Below, piece by piece: positions 29,327 to 40,419 of a DNA stretch of 64,000 nt (positions within the stretch are counted from its first letter, which is position 1; every line of letters starts with the position of its first letter). The notes below the pieces were generated by a model that saw nothing but the letters and a program-made list of their open reading frames with translations, did no database searches and had not been told where the DNA came from. The position numbers and the translations under genes are program-made. The stretch comes from a virus (taxonomy: Duplodnaviria; Caudoviricetes), in IMG/VR virus record IMGVR_UViG_3300020079_000007, positions 32,001-96,000 of that record. One strand, given 5' to 3'.

Positions 29327-31420
29327 ATGCTAATACTTAAGTCTCTTCATCTTGAACATTTTATGTGTATCACTGAGGCCGATTTAAATTTTGATGCAAA
29401 CTGCATTATTATTGAAGGTGATAACGGTCAGGGAAAATCGGCAGTTATGGAAGCGATTGCAATTTGTCTTTCAGAAAGAAAACGCTCCGACTCTGTAAAA
29501 GAGTTTATTCAAAAGCCACACGACCACGCAAAAATTATTCTTGATTTAATTTATAACGACGAACAAATACTCTTTGATGTAAATCTTAATCATAAAGGCG
29601 GAACACCTCTTGAAAGAGATGTGTTATATAAAGATAAGCATTATATTAACTCTGAAGTAACTGATCTTATTAAAGAACTCGACTTTACATTTTATTCAGA
29701 CATTATTATGCAAATGCAAGGACAAGATGATATTGCAACAATGACACCTGTTATGCGTCTTAACTTATTGCAGCGTCTTTTCCAATTTGATTTTACTGAA
29801 GAGATTGGGCCTATTCAAGAAAAGCTTGAAGAGTTTGTAAAAAACAAAACTTTGGATATTGATAAGATTGACTTCTTGGAGAAAGCAAATAAACAAAAAG
29901 ACTCAACTTTGAAAACATTGAAAGAAAAAGACTTTTCTTTTTCAAAAGAAGATTACGATAATTATAAAAATGAACTTGATGATAAAAAAGCTCAGGTTGA
30001 AAAGTTGAGCAATGACTTGGATAAAACATTTGAAATCTTACAAAAGAAAACAGACATCCAAGGAATGATTGACACAATTGAAAATCAGCAAGCAGACATT
30101 GCACAAAAACTTCTTGACAATAAGAAAGCTGCTGAAGCATTAAAGAAGGCCGACTATCCAACACAGATTTCTTCTTTAGGAACTGGCGAAACAGATGCTA
30201 TGATGAAGAAAGCTGCTGCCGAAGATATTATTAAAGCCAAGAAAAACGCAATCGCTCAATTGGAAACTTCAATCTCAAGTATCAATGTTCAGATAGGCGA
30301 ACTTAATGCTGCAAAAAAGAATTGTGACCATAAGCTTGAATTGGCAAAGAAAGGCATTTGTCCTGAGTGTGGAAAGCCTACTGATGATATTGATGATGTA
30401 AAGATTATCAAAGAAAAAGAAGAATACGATGATAAGATTGGCGATGAAATTGAAAAGAAAGACAATCTTATTATTGAAATGAATAAGTATAAAGATGAGG
30501 TTGCAGCCCAGCGTAAGGAAATATCTGTTCTTGAAGCAAACATCTCAAGATTTGATACTGAAGCAAAAATGTTGGAGCAGCAAGAAGCTGCTGAAAAAGC
30601 AAAACTTATTCCTGAAGAAAAGATTAAAGAGTTTGAGGATAAGCTTAAAGAACTTGATGAAAAGGCAAAACCATTATATGATTTAATACACGACTATGAT
30701 GACCAATTGAGTGACAGAAACAAAAAGACACTTGAGAAGTCGAAGTTGAAAACTGAAATCGCCGACCTTGAGAAAAAGATTAAAGACTCTGATGAAATTG
30801 CAGACCATAACAAAGTCGTTGAGCTTCAGAGAATGTCAATCAAAAATGAGATACTTGAAAATGAAAAGAACATTGAAGTTTTCAGAAACTTGATTTCAGA
30901 TATTGATTTGAATGTTCAAACTTACAATGAAGTATTAAGAGTTCTTGATAAAGAATTGCCTAATTACCTTGTAGTTAAGACTTGTGCAAAGCTTGAAGCT
31001 GAAATGAATAACTTCGTAAACATTGTATTCCCAAACTTCCGTTTGAGATTGTTGCAATCAAGACGAGGTGTTGAGTTCTTTTACACAACTGACCCAAATG
31101 TTGATATGACTGATATAAAGAAACTTATCAATTCAAAAATGGCTTCAGGTTATGAAAAGTCAGTTCTTGGTCTTGCTTTTAAGGTTGCATTGTGTAAAGC
31201 TTACAATCTTTCATTTATTGCTCTTGATGAAATTGATGCTGCTGCATCTGAAGGTAATTCCGTTCTTACAATGGAATCTTTGATAAGTTCAAACATCTTC
31301 AATCAGATTTTCTTTATTACACATAAAGAAGCAACTCGTGACATCATCAAGTCATTAAGTAGTTCAGTTATATGTTATCATACTGAAAAAGGTGTATTCA
31401 CAAATGAAGACGCAGATTAA
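29327..31420 (+). CDS. SbcC/Rad50-like recombination ATPase (gp46-like)
   Basis: GDNGQGKS, CPEC zinc hook, coiled coils, ASGYEK, LDEID, ITH. Confidence 0.9.
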   Translation: MLILKSLHLEHFMCITEADLNFDANCIIIEGDNGQGKSAVMEAIAICLSERKRSDSVKEFIQKPHDHAKIILDLIYNDEQILFDVNLNHKGGTPLERDVLYKDKHYINSEVTDLIKELDFTFYSDIIMQMQGQDDIATMTPVMRLNLLQRLFQFDFTEEIGPIQEKLEEFVKNKTLDIDKIDFLEKANKQKDSTLKTLKEKDFSFSKEDYDNYKNELDDKKAQVEKLSNDLDKTFEILQKKTDIQGMIDTIENQQADIAQKLLDNKKAAEALKKADYPTQISSLGTGETDAMMKKAAAEDIIKAKKNAIAQLETSISSINVQIGELNAAKKNCDHKLELAKKGICPECGKPTDDIDDVKIIKEKEEYDDKIGDEIEKKDNLIIEMNKYKDEVAAQRKEISVLEANISRFDTEAKMLEQQEAAEKAKLIPEEKIKEFEDKLKELDEKAKPLYDLIHDYDDQLSDRNKKTLEKSKLKTEIADLEKKIKDSDEIADHNKVVELQRMSIKNEILENEKNIEVFRNLISDIDLNVQTYNEVLRVLDKELPNYLVVKTCAKLEAEMNNFVNIVFPNFRLRLLQSRRGVEFFYTTDPNVDMTDIKKLINSKMASGYEKSVLGLAFKVALCKAYNLSFIALDEIDAAASEGNSVLTMESLISSNIFNQIFFITHKEATRDIIKSLSSSVICYHTEKGVFTNEDAD

Positions 31421-31784
31421 ATTGTGGTTTAAATTTAACAAGTACTCTTTTATCGAACTAGGCTGGTCTCTTGGGTCATTAGTTTGTGATATACTTATCG
31501 CCCATCATTGGTGGAGTAATTTGTTTACTCCACTTCATATTGTGTGGTGGGTTATCGCTGTGCCTTGGACATTGTTTGGACTTTATCGAGCTTTTGAGTC
31601 TTTCAGATCTTACAAGTATCGTATTGATGATTACTTAAAAGTAACTGAAATGTTCCAAAGATATGGCGTTAAGAAGAGCGTATTATACAACTTACAGCAA
31701 ATACCTTGCTCCGCAACTGTTGCAGAGCAACTTATAAAAGATTGGGATGTAAAGGACGTTAAACTTTACACAGATGATTTATAA
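31404..31784 (+). CDS. Membrane protein
   Basis: Two Trp-rich hydrophobic segments. Confidence 0.5.
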   Translation: MKTQIKLWFKFNKYSFIELGWSLGSLVCDILIAHHWWSNLFTPLHIVWWVIAVPWTLFGLYRAFESFRSYKYRIDDYLKVTEMFQRYGVKKSVLYNLQQIPCSATVAEQLIKDWDVKDVKLYTDDL

Positions 31785-34097
31785 TCCTGAGAATGCTTTT
31801 GTCATATCGTTCCAAGCATTACCTACATCAGTGCCTGCATTGTTTACGCTCTTAACATAAGCTTCACCACGATCTTTTGCCCACTTTTCTGCTCTTTTCA
31901 TTGGCGTTTGTTTTCCCATAGCATAATCAATTGCAGCATCAATAAACATACCCATTTGTGATGTTACCCAAGTGCCTGCATCATCATAAGTATCAAGTTT
32001 ATAAAATCTTTTGTAAATAAAGTCATAAGTAAAATTAACAGGACCTGCATTTTCTCTTTCAAACTTTATTGCATCTGATGTGCCAAGAATCTTAACATCT
32101 TCAAAAATAAATCTTTCGTCCATCTTATCAGTAAGTTTTGTTCTGAACTTAAAAGATGGTGTTGTTCTTTTTACAATTATGTCAAGTCTTTTTGTGGTTT
32201 TTAATACATTGAACAAGTCATCTTTCTTTGCAGGAGTTGATATAACTGAAATGTTTTTACTTAAAGCTTCAGTAACATAATTGAATCCTGTCTTATCAAA
32301 ATGAAGATTTTTGAGGTCTTGTTTTCTTTTTGTATTAAGCTCCTCTTTTTCTTTATCAAGTTCTTCACAATGGTCATAATATGCTTTTGCGCATTCTTTA
32401 CGCTTATTCCAATGGTCATATATATAAAGAGCTTCAAGATCCTTTTTGTATTCATCAACTTCTGCTTGAATCTTTTTCTTTTCATCTCGTTCAGCTTTAA
32501 GTTTTGCAAAAAAGCCTTCTGCCTTCTCACTATCCGACTTTTCTTTATTCTTTTTCTTCTTTGTATCTTCAATGTATCTTTCAGTATCAAACTGCATCTG
32601 ACTTCTTAAATGTGTGTAGAAGCCACTGAGGTCAGTATGTTCTTTCAAATACTTTTCTTTTTGTTCTTCAACATACTTTTCATACTTATCAGAGTCTTCA
32701 TCAGAAAACTTCGCTTTCTTACCTGCAATAAAGTCATTTACGATTGAAGTAGAGTCTTCTTCCAAAGCAACTTTCCAATCAGCTTCATATTGTTCATCAA
32801 GTTCTTTTTGCTTTTTGAGAATTTCTTCAAGGTGGTCCTCATAATCATCTTGTATCTTTGCAGCAGCTGAGTTCTCTAATCCTTTAGTAATTGCTGAACC
32901 TTTACCAAATAAGTTTGACATATCAGTTCCTGCAAGTTCATTGAATGCTGAAATGTAGGCAAGTTTTGTATCGCCTCTTATTGAGAATGAAGAGCGCCCA
33001 GGTGTGTCAATTCCATCAAGAGGTCTTTCAACAACGCCACTTGCATAATTGATTGTGCCTGATTTTCTTTGATATGCTGGAATGTCGATTGAAGATATAC
33101 GAGCAGATAACAATGTTGATGAGAATAAAGCTTTAATGAATGCTTGTCCTCTGCCAAGCAATTTTGTATCGTGTGTATCATCATCTCTTATTCTGAAGTA
33201 GACATCATACATATTTGACATTGCGTCAGGATAGTTGATTGCTTCCATCTCAGTTAAAGGCTGATTACCAAATTTCATATTTATAACTGGGTCAGCATCA
33301 TAATCAATTGTATCTGAAACTGATGTTGTGTACACATCCTTCATATTGCTGTAATCTGTAGGAGAAGGCGTTACAGGATTTAAGTCAGCTACAGGCTCTT
33401 CCATAACAGGGAGAGGATTTCCTACATCAAGAGGATTTGCTCTTAGCATTGGGATTGCAGGATTTATACCTATACCAGTACCGAACGCACCATCAGATGA
33501 ACTGCCTGTAACTGAGTCTTTTGTATTTTCAGCATAAGAATTGCTATCACCGTCATTCCCGTTTCCGTTACCGCCACCTGAAGAGCTGTTGTTATGATTG
33601 CTTAAGTCATCAACAACACCCTTTAAAACTCCGTATAAAAACTGGGCAGCGCCTTCAGATTCATTTTGATTTACATTACCAATTTTGCCATAATTACTTG
33701 TTGCTTCTGAAAACATTCCTGTTTCAAAACCGTCAGCAATAACATTTACAATCTTTCCATAAGGGTCGCCTGCAGGGCCTGTGATATTGACTTCATTGGC
33801 AATCTCTTCGCCTTTATACCCATTTACATTTCTTTCAGTAAAGATGTCGCCGTTGTTTATAACAGCATTGTCTGTTTCACCATAAGGCGTAGGACCTTGA
33901 GCGCCTGTGTTACTGTTCAAGCTTATTGTTGAGGAACCATCATCTTTTGAAGTTGTCTGACCGTTATATGAAGTTGGACTTGAAAACTTATTTGCGCCAC
34001 TTTCTGGGCCTTTTCCTTTATACTGACCCTCTCCATTTTCAGGAATGTCATCTGGTCCTGATTGGTCAAATATACTTAATCTGTAAGAATCTGCCAT
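31779..34097 (-). CDS. Tail-tube-fold protein (gp48/gp54-like) with a large charged insertion
   Basis: DAMSNMYDV...ARISSIDIP...FIFEDVKILG...FTYDF parallels the tube protein next door. Confidence 0.5.
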   Translation of the reverse strand: MADSYRLSIFDQSGPDDIPENGEGQYKGKGPESGANKFSSPTSYNGQTTSKDDGSSTISLNSNTGAQGPTPYGETDNAVINNGDIFTERNVNGYKGEEIANEVNITGPAGDPYGKIVNVIADGFETGMFSEATSNYGKIGNVNQNESEGAAQFLYGVLKGVVDDLSNHNNSSSGGGNGNGNDGDSNSYAENTKDSVTGSSSDGAFGTGIGINPAIPMLRANPLDVGNPLPVMEEPVADLNPVTPSPTDYSNMKDVYTTSVSDTIDYDADPVINMKFGNQPLTEMEAINYPDAMSNMYDVYFRIRDDDTHDTKLLGRGQAFIKALFSSTLLSARISSIDIPAYQRKSGTINYASGVVERPLDGIDTPGRSSFSIRGDTKLAYISAFNELAGTDMSNLFGKGSAITKGLENSAAAKIQDDYEDHLEEILKKQKELDEQYEADWKVALEEDSTSIVNDFIAGKKAKFSDEDSDKYEKYVEEQKEKYLKEHTDLSGFYTHLRSQMQFDTERYIEDTKKKKNKEKSDSEKAEGFFAKLKAERDEKKKIQAEVDEYKKDLEALYIYDHWNKRKECAKAYYDHCEELDKEKEELNTKRKQDLKNLHFDKTGFNYVTEALSKNISVISTPAKKDDLFNVLKTTKRLDIIVKRTTPSFKFRTKLTDKMDERFIFEDVKILGTSDAIKFERENAGPVNFTYDFIYKRFYKLDTYDDAGTWVTSQMGMFIDAAIDYAMGKQTPMKRAEKWAKDRGEAYVKSVNNAGTDVGNAWNDMTKAFSGL

Positions 34098-34171
34098 ATT
34101 GAAAAATTAGTCATAAAAAATGGCGGTCATAAGAGACCGCCATAAAACAGATAATTGCTTATCTAGGAAAA

Positions 34172-34819
34172 TTACAAGTTTGTGTTTCCTTCACCTGGGT
34201 TTCCTGCAGCGAAGCCTGGGTATTTAACCTTACCGAACTTGAAGTCAACTGTGAACTTGATAACGTCTGCGCCGTCAGTTGAGAACTTAGGCATTGTAAC
34301 TTTTGTTACGATACAGTTCTCAAATACCCACTGAAGACCACCTTTGATAAGTCCTTCACCTGGGCCTGCATTTGGATTTGAGTATTCCTCAAGTCCTTTA
34401 GGTGCACCTGCTAATGCGCCTGCTGCTGAGTTTCCTGCTGCAACGATAGCAGAGTCAATTGTTTTAACAGTTACTTTACCAACTTTGTCGATATTTGCGT
34501 TTGATACACCACCTGTGTTAGGGTCAACGTGCCAAGAAAGCAAAGAAGTAAATGCCTGATAAAGTCCATATTTTGCATCCATTCTAAACTCGAGTGAGAA
34601 TGCTCTTTCAAAATTCTGCTCTGTCTTTACACGAGGATATTTAACACCGTGATATGCATTTTCATATGTAGGAGCTTCAACATCAGGAATTTCAAAGCCT
34701 GAAGCACGAACAGTTGCGTTCCAGTTAGCAAACTCTAACTGAACATCATACATATTTGTCTGTGCATCAGCGCCTGCTTCTATCAATGCTTGAAGTCCGC
34801 TATTAACTACATCACTCAT
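34172..34819 (-). CDS. Tail tube protein (gp19-like)
   Basis: DAQTNMYDV, FSLEFRMD, WVFENCIV, FTVDF; terminator at 34116-34143. Confidence 0.6.
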   Translation of the reverse strand: MSDVVNSGLQALIEAGADAQTNMYDVQLEFANWNATVRASGFEIPDVEAPTYENAYHGVKYPRVKTEQNFERAFSLEFRMDAKYGLYQAFTSLLSWHVDPNTGGVSNANIDKVGKVTVKTIDSAIVAAGNSAAGALAGAPKGLEEYSNPNAGPGEGLIKGGLQWVFENCIVTKVTMPKFSTDGADVIKFTVDFKFGKVKYPGFAAGNPGEGNTNL

Positions 34820-34841
34820 TTCAATCTCCTATGATATTTAT

Positions 34842-35384
34842 TTAGTAACCAAGATGAAGTCTTCGTTCAGCCATTTTTGCAATAACAGCCAAAGTATTAG
34901 GACTTAAATCGTGGTTGTAAAGTGTCGTATTATATTTAGATTTTATAATCATCGCACCGCCAAATGTTCCTAACGCTTCTGTAACTTGTAAGCAAAGAAT
35001 ACAAGGATGGTCAGGTGTATCTTGTGGGTCTAACATAATCCTAATTATCAAATCATCAGGCACCAAATACACATTATGTGGCACAACAATCTGATAGATT
35101 TCTTTGTTGTCTTCTGCAGCTGCGTTAACTAAAGAATCGACAGTATAGCCACTTTCGATGTTTCCACCAATACGACGATAAGGAATATCTTCCATAGGTG
35201 GGAAAACAACTGGGATAACATCAGCCATTTGTATGTTTGCATTTTTAGGGTCGCCTTCATCATTTCTCGTAAGTCTTATACGAATACAATCTGTAGGTGA
35301 GCCTTCGTGTTCAATCTGCAAATCAATGAGTTTTCTTCTTATGTTGTCTTGTTTCATCGCAAGTCTTTGCTGCCAAGTTCTCAT
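34842..35384 (-). CDS. Putative head-tail/neck protein
   Basis: Late-type motif; adjacent to the tube gene. Confidence 0.35.
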   Translation of the reverse strand: MRTWQQRLAMKQDNIRRKLIDLQIEHEGSPTDCIRIRLTRNDEGDPKNANIQMADVIPVVFPPMEDIPYRRIGGNIESGYTVDSLVNAAAEDNKEIYQIVVPHNVYLVPDDLIIRIMLDPQDTPDHPCILCLQVTEALGTFGGAMIIKSKYNTTLYNHDLSPNTLAVIAKMAERRLHLGY

Positions 35385-35443
35385 ATTTATTTAGTTGACT
35401 AAATTGTTATGGTGAGTTGCAGGAATGCAGCTATGGAGATAAG

Positions 35444-37990
35444 ATGGATAAGTTTCATAGAAACCCTATGCAAATGCCATCAACATCAGAAGCAAAATTT
35501 GATGATGCATTTGCTGAATTAAAGCAGCGCGAGCTTCTTTACAATCGCGATAAGAAAGAACTTGGTATTAAAATCGGAGATAAATTGATTATCCCAAAAC
35601 CAAGAGTTGATGAATTCAATGTAACATACAATGAAGATGACGAAATTGCATTGAAAGATGATGTTACTGTAGATTCAATTACCGCACGAGCAGACCGTCA
35701 AGGTGTTGATTGGAAATCACAAACATTATTAGCAGAAACAACAGAAGAAAGAACAGTTATTCTTATATGTGTTAAAGATAACGAAAGAGAGACAGGAATG
35801 GTTGGCTTTTTCGGTGGCGAAATTGTTGAACTTGGAGAAGATGTTGAAAGTCACTATCAAGTTTCTTTAACTTCAACAGGTTCTCGTCTTATAAAAGGCG
35901 CAACAACAAATAAAAAGAAAGCCAAACCTTGCTTTGTAAAATATAATGGAGATTACTATTACGGACTCCATTTTAAGGAATCTAGCCCTGCAAAAATTTA
36001 TCACGCAGGTTGGTCAAATATCCCAGGCCCTCTTGCAGCGCCTTCATACACGACTTACACAGATGGAGATTTCTCAGAAATCGTCGACCTCGACGATGAT
36101 TCTGAGACAGGGACGGAAGTAATTGAATTAAGTTGGGCAGACATTGAAAGCTACAACTGGGAATTCATAGGTGAACTTACAAGCAGACAAACTGTAAACT
36201 TTAGAAACAACTATAATGCAGTTGGCTCAGGCAATAACCGATACTATTCTCTTGCTTCAAACATTCGCTTATATCCTGTAAACAGAAGCGGCTCAAATGC
36301 ATCAACAGTTGAACTTCACCCAGGGCGGGGCTCAATTACAGTTGAAGGACGCGATGTAACAAATGTTCGATTTGCTATCACTGATGATGTTGGCTATGTT
36401 ACATTAAGACTTAAGAACTGGGGAGGTATGAACAACATTCCTCGTCAGGGTGCAAATATGGTTATCTTTCATGATAATGGCACAGGAAATGCTCCTAACA
36501 CTGCTCAGCAATTAGAAAGCCATTACTTCCCTTATGCAGCTACAGGCACTGATGGGTATATCTCTGACTTTACTTTCGGACCACTTCCAAGAGGAACCTA
36601 TTGGATAAGACAGGGCTCAGGTAATTATAACACAAAGGTTGAATACTACATTCTTCAAACAGAAGCATACTCAGGTGAAGATGACATAGTAACGGCAGGC
36701 GACCATTATGATTATGATTTCAAGCACGGTTTGAAAATCAAAACACATAATGACATTCACTGGGAAACAAGTCGTAATGGCAACAGTGGCGTTATTATTT
36801 GTGATGCACCTACAAACGAAGTTGACTCAGAAGGCCTTTTACAGGTTGAGGTTTTAGGTCCTTGTAGATTTACAGTTGGATTTTCTAAACTACCTGATGA
36901 TGAAGCGCCTACTACAACATTACTTATATCTGAAACTCTTGAAGCTGGGGATGAAGCTTGGCAAAGAGCAGTTCAAGGATATTCACGAAATGATGCAGCA
37001 ATCACTGATGTTACTTATGAGTATTCTGGAAAGTGGGGTAAAAAGCAAACTCTTTATGTTGCAACTGACCGTCCTGCTGCCATATATTATGCTGCAATTG
37101 AATACCCATCATTCTCAGGTGGTGCAATTATTGCAGATATTATTCGTGGCCTTGATGAAACAGGAGAGGACGGCTCACCTCATATTATCAGACCTTCAGG
37201 CGTTATTGATAAAGCATCTTTAATGACAATTGCAGGCGTATGTCTTAATTCTGAAAAACAGTTGGTAATTGACTTAAGTAACTGTACTGCTGCCACAGAC
37301 GCGCAGGATTGGTCAGGTGATGATGATTTGTCAAAACTATTCCAAGGTGCTTCTTCAGTAAATAAGTTTATTTATCCTAAAGGAACTTTGACTGCAGGTA
37401 ATGCGCCGTTCTTGAACTGTTCATTCTTAAGAGATATTGAATTTAATGATGAAATGTATCAGCTCGGTTACTCTACGTGGGTTAACAGAAACCAAGGATT
37501 CTTCTCAGGTGCTCGTATTAAAGAAGTATGGCTTCCAAAGCAATTAGGTCAGAGAACAGGTGTTCACGCTTGGGGCGGATACTTTATGGCGCAGAACAAC
37601 GTTATTGGGTTATACATCAGACCTGATTCTTATTATGCTCAGAATAATATAAGCATAGCTAACATATTTACAAATCAAGATTGGTATAACACAGCGCATC
37701 AATTCTGGTCAACTTGGAACTACTCTCGTGGCGACTTCAAAATATATCTTCCTTGTAAACGTATTGGGTCACCTGAAGATAATAATTGGGAAACAGGAAA
37801 TCAATGGCTTTATAATCGTTGGATGAACCAAGTAGGAAATACAACTTTTGCATCAGTAATGAACGAGTATTTGTCAAGCGTTACAAAAAATGTTCCTTCT
37901 TTGGAAAGAACAGACCTTGTAAGAGACCACTTGGTTCCTTATGATGTAAATGAAATGTGGTATGAGCCAAGATGTTTGGATCTTGTGTAA
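35444..37990 (+). CDS. Large virion/receptor-binding protein with BspA-type LRR-like segment
   Basis: Beta-rich modules; FIYPKGTLTAGNAPFLNCSFLRDIEF and FSGARIKEVWLP resemble TpLRR repeats. Confidence 0.45.
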   Translation: MDKFHRNPMQMPSTSEAKFDDAFAELKQRELLYNRDKKELGIKIGDKLIIPKPRVDEFNVTYNEDDEIALKDDVTVDSITARADRQGVDWKSQTLLAETTEERTVILICVKDNERETGMVGFFGGEIVELGEDVESHYQVSLTSTGSRLIKGATTNKKKAKPCFVKYNGDYYYGLHFKESSPAKIYHAGWSNIPGPLAAPSYTTYTDGDFSEIVDLDDDSETGTEVIELSWADIESYNWEFIGELTSRQTVNFRNNYNAVGSGNNRYYSLASNIRLYPVNRSGSNASTVELHPGRGSITVEGRDVTNVRFAITDDVGYVTLRLKNWGGMNNIPRQGANMVIFHDNGTGNAPNTAQQLESHYFPYAATGTDGYISDFTFGPLPRGTYWIRQGSGNYNTKVEYYILQTEAYSGEDDIVTAGDHYDYDFKHGLKIKTHNDIHWETSRNGNSGVIICDAPTNEVDSEGLLQVEVLGPCRFTVGFSKLPDDEAPTTTLLISETLEAGDEAWQRAVQGYSRNDAAITDVTYEYSGKWGKKQTLYVATDRPAAIYYAAIEYPSFSGGAIIADIIRGLDETGEDGSPHIIRPSGVIDKASLMTIAGVCLNSEKQLVIDLSNCTAATDAQDWSGDDDLSKLFQGASSVNKFIYPKGTLTAGNAPFLNCSFLRDIEFNDEMYQLGYSTWVNRNQGFFSGARIKEVWLPKQLGQRTGVHAWGGYFMAQNNVIGLYIRPDSYYAQNNISIANIFTNQDWYNTAHQFWSTWNYSRGDFKIYLPCKRIGSPEDNNWETGNQWLYNRWMNQVGNTTFASVMNEYLSSVTKNVPSLERTDLVRDHLVPYDVNEMWYEPRCLDLV

Positions 37991-38178
37991 AAATGGCACA
38001 GCTTTCAAAAAATGATATACTAACTAATTACTAAAACAATTTGTGTAGTGCTTAATATATGCAGATAAGCGGGAATTATATACCGCAAAAAGTAGGGTTT
38101 TATATATCTAAATATATCGTTCAAGTACACCACATTCTTGTTTTAATTTTCAACAATAAAATAAGGAAAGGTGAAAAA

Positions 38179-39810
38179 ATGAGTGCAACATCAGTAATTG
38201 CAGGTCAGAAAGACGCTGCAGCATTGCGTGAGGCAACAAGAAAAACTCTCGCAAAAACAGAAAGAGAATTCCGTGGAGCTAAGTTCGTAGAATCTTGGTC
38301 TCGTATCCCTAAAATCGGTGCAGGTTTGAATAAGCTTCCTGAAGCAGTAGCTCGTAACACAGCTATCAACCTTCAGACACAGGCTGCTTCAATGGCAAAA
38401 ATGACAGAAGCACAGCTTTCAACTTCATTCCAAGGTTTCACACCTGAGAATATGTTGAGACTTGTTCGTTTAGCAATGCCTAACACTTGCCGTAACAAGG
38501 TATTCACAGAGTTCGCTATGGAGTCAGCAAAGGACTCTATCAAATACATCAAACCTGTTTATTCAAAGACAGTTGATGGTAGTGATCTTCACGACAAGCA
38601 CACTGCTAACAAAGAAGGTGCTTATCAGGATGCATCAAAGTATAAAGATGTTTACAATGACATCAACGAAGACGATTTCCAGAGAGCTCTCTATGAGAAC
38701 ACTGAAGACCGCTTCACTCAGGAGCTTGTAAACATTCAGGGTACAGGTGGAGTGTTCACAATCCCTGCAACTCCTGCTGCTGATGCAAATCCTTTTGTTA
38801 AAGCATCAAAGCTCATCCCAGGTTATATGAAAGTATACGTTGGTGATGAAACACATCCAGTTGCTGAAGAGAACAAAAGAACAGGAAACTTCTTCGTAAA
38901 CACAGACGACTATCCTAACGCAAAAGTAACAAAGACTGTAGACGACGAAACTGGTGATATCACAATCGAAGTTGAAGGCGTTGAAGGCGACGTTAAAGTA
39001 TTTGCACGTTTCGATATGGAAGACGACTTCCTCGGAACAAACCTTGGTGAGATTGAACTCGTAATGAGCGACTACAAGTTTGAACCACGTCCAACAACAA
39101 TTGGTGTTACTTGGTCACAGCTTGCTGAAATCACTCTTGACGCTTCATTCGGTCTTTCAGCTCAGGATATGTTGGTACAGTATGCAGGTGATGCAATCCG
39201 TATCAATCTCGACCTCCGTTCATTCAAGCTTGCTTACGGTGTAGCTCGTTCAAACAAGGACTATATCGTTGAGTTCGATGCTGCTTATGGTAACGGTGAA
39301 AACATCGAAGGTTACTTCCACACAGCTCAGACATTCCCATCTGCAGTTGATACAGTAACTGACGTTATGGTAAACGACATCAACCGTGGTGGCGTTTCAA
39401 GAATGGTTGCAGGTTTCTCTGCAGGTTCTTACCTCAAACTCGTTAAGGGTACATTCTCTGACAAAGGCCGTCAGGCTGCAAAGGGTATTTACCAGATTGG
39501 TGAGTTCGGTGGAATCCCAACATTCAAGGCTCCTTCAAGCATTATCCCAACAAATGAGATTATGTGTGTATGGAAGGACGACGAAAACGAAGGCGACGTT
39601 GCAATCGCATTCGGTACATTGGTTCCATTCTTCAACACTGGTATCATCCAGAGAAAGAACTTCTATAAAGAAGCTGGTCTTGCAACATATGGTGACTGGG
39701 CAGTACTTAACAGACGTTATCTCGCTCTTATCCGTATCAAGGGATTGAAGGATACAACAGACGGCCGCGTAGGTGGTATGTTGAAATATTCACAGGGTCC
39801 AAAGGACTAA
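38179..39810 (+). CDS. Major capsid protein (T4 gp23-like)
   Basis: KMTEA cleavage-type site, LVRLAMPN, TWSQLAEITL...GLSAQDML; strong codon bias; terminator at 39841-39866. Confidence 0.85.
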   Translation: MSATSVIAGQKDAAALREATRKTLAKTEREFRGAKFVESWSRIPKIGAGLNKLPEAVARNTAINLQTQAASMAKMTEAQLSTSFQGFTPENMLRLVRLAMPNTCRNKVFTEFAMESAKDSIKYIKPVYSKTVDGSDLHDKHTANKEGAYQDASKYKDVYNDINEDDFQRALYENTEDRFTQELVNIQGTGGVFTIPATPAADANPFVKASKLIPGYMKVYVGDETHPVAEENKRTGNFFVNTDDYPNAKVTKTVDDETGDITIEVEGVEGDVKVFARFDMEDDFLGTNLGEIELVMSDYKFEPRPTTIGVTWSQLAEITLDASFGLSAQDMLVQYAGDAIRINLDLRSFKLAYGVARSNKDYIVEFDAAYGNGENIEGYFHTAQTFPSAVDTVTDVMVNDINRGGVSRMVAGFSAGSYLKLVKGTFSDKGRQAAKGIYQIGEFGGIPTFKAPSSIIPTNEIMCVWKDDENEGDVAIAFGTLVPFFNTGIIQRKNFYKEAGLATYGDWAVLNRRYLALIRIKGLKDTTDGRVGGMLKYSQGPKD

Positions 39811-39889
39811 TCAATGGGGCGTAAGCCCCTTGTAGAAATAAAAAAGGCAACCGAAAGGTTGCCTTGTTCATTTTAAATCAATTGTTTTA

Positions 39890-40363
39890 CTAAAGAATGT
39901 ATTGCCAAACAAGTCTTGGAACAATCATTCCTTTTTCACGGATCCATTTAAACTTCTGAATTGATGCCTTATTGCTTAATGACTTTATCAGGCCAAGAAC
40001 GATTTCGATATATTCTTTTGCATTATCTGTAAGTTTGTAATGTCCACGATTTTTCTTGTAATCTGAAGCCCATTCAAAAACATTTGGATTTGCACGGAGC
40101 GGTTCCAAATTTGAAGGAGTTGAAGAAAATTTGGTAAGCTGCTTATAAGTAACTTCACCATCATTCTGATAAACAAAAAGCAAAGTCATAAACCAATCTG
40201 AAATTACCATATCGCCGTCTGCATCGATCTTAAAAGGATATGTGCAGTGAATTGATGGGGTAAAACGATATTTTGGATTTGCAGGAAGAGACATAAGTTT
40301 GCCTGTATGAATCCCGTATTTGTAAGAAAGGTTCCTAAGCAGTTTTGTATATATGATACTCAT
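39890..40363 (-). CDS. Hypothetical early protein (wHTH-like)
   Basis: Follows an early-class promoter; GHYKLT wing. Confidence 0.5.
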   Translation of the reverse strand: MSIIYTKLLRNLSYKYGIHTGKLMSLPANPKYRFTPSIHCTYPFKIDADGDMVISDWFMTLLFVYQNDGEVTYKQLTKFSSTPSNLEPLRANPNVFEWASDYKKNRGHYKLTDNAKEYIEIVLGLIKSLSNKASIQKFKWIREKGMIVPRLVWQYIL

Positions 40364-40419
40364 AATTTGCTCCTTTTACTGTTATTACAATAATAATATA
40401 AAGAAGTAAATATGAAAGT

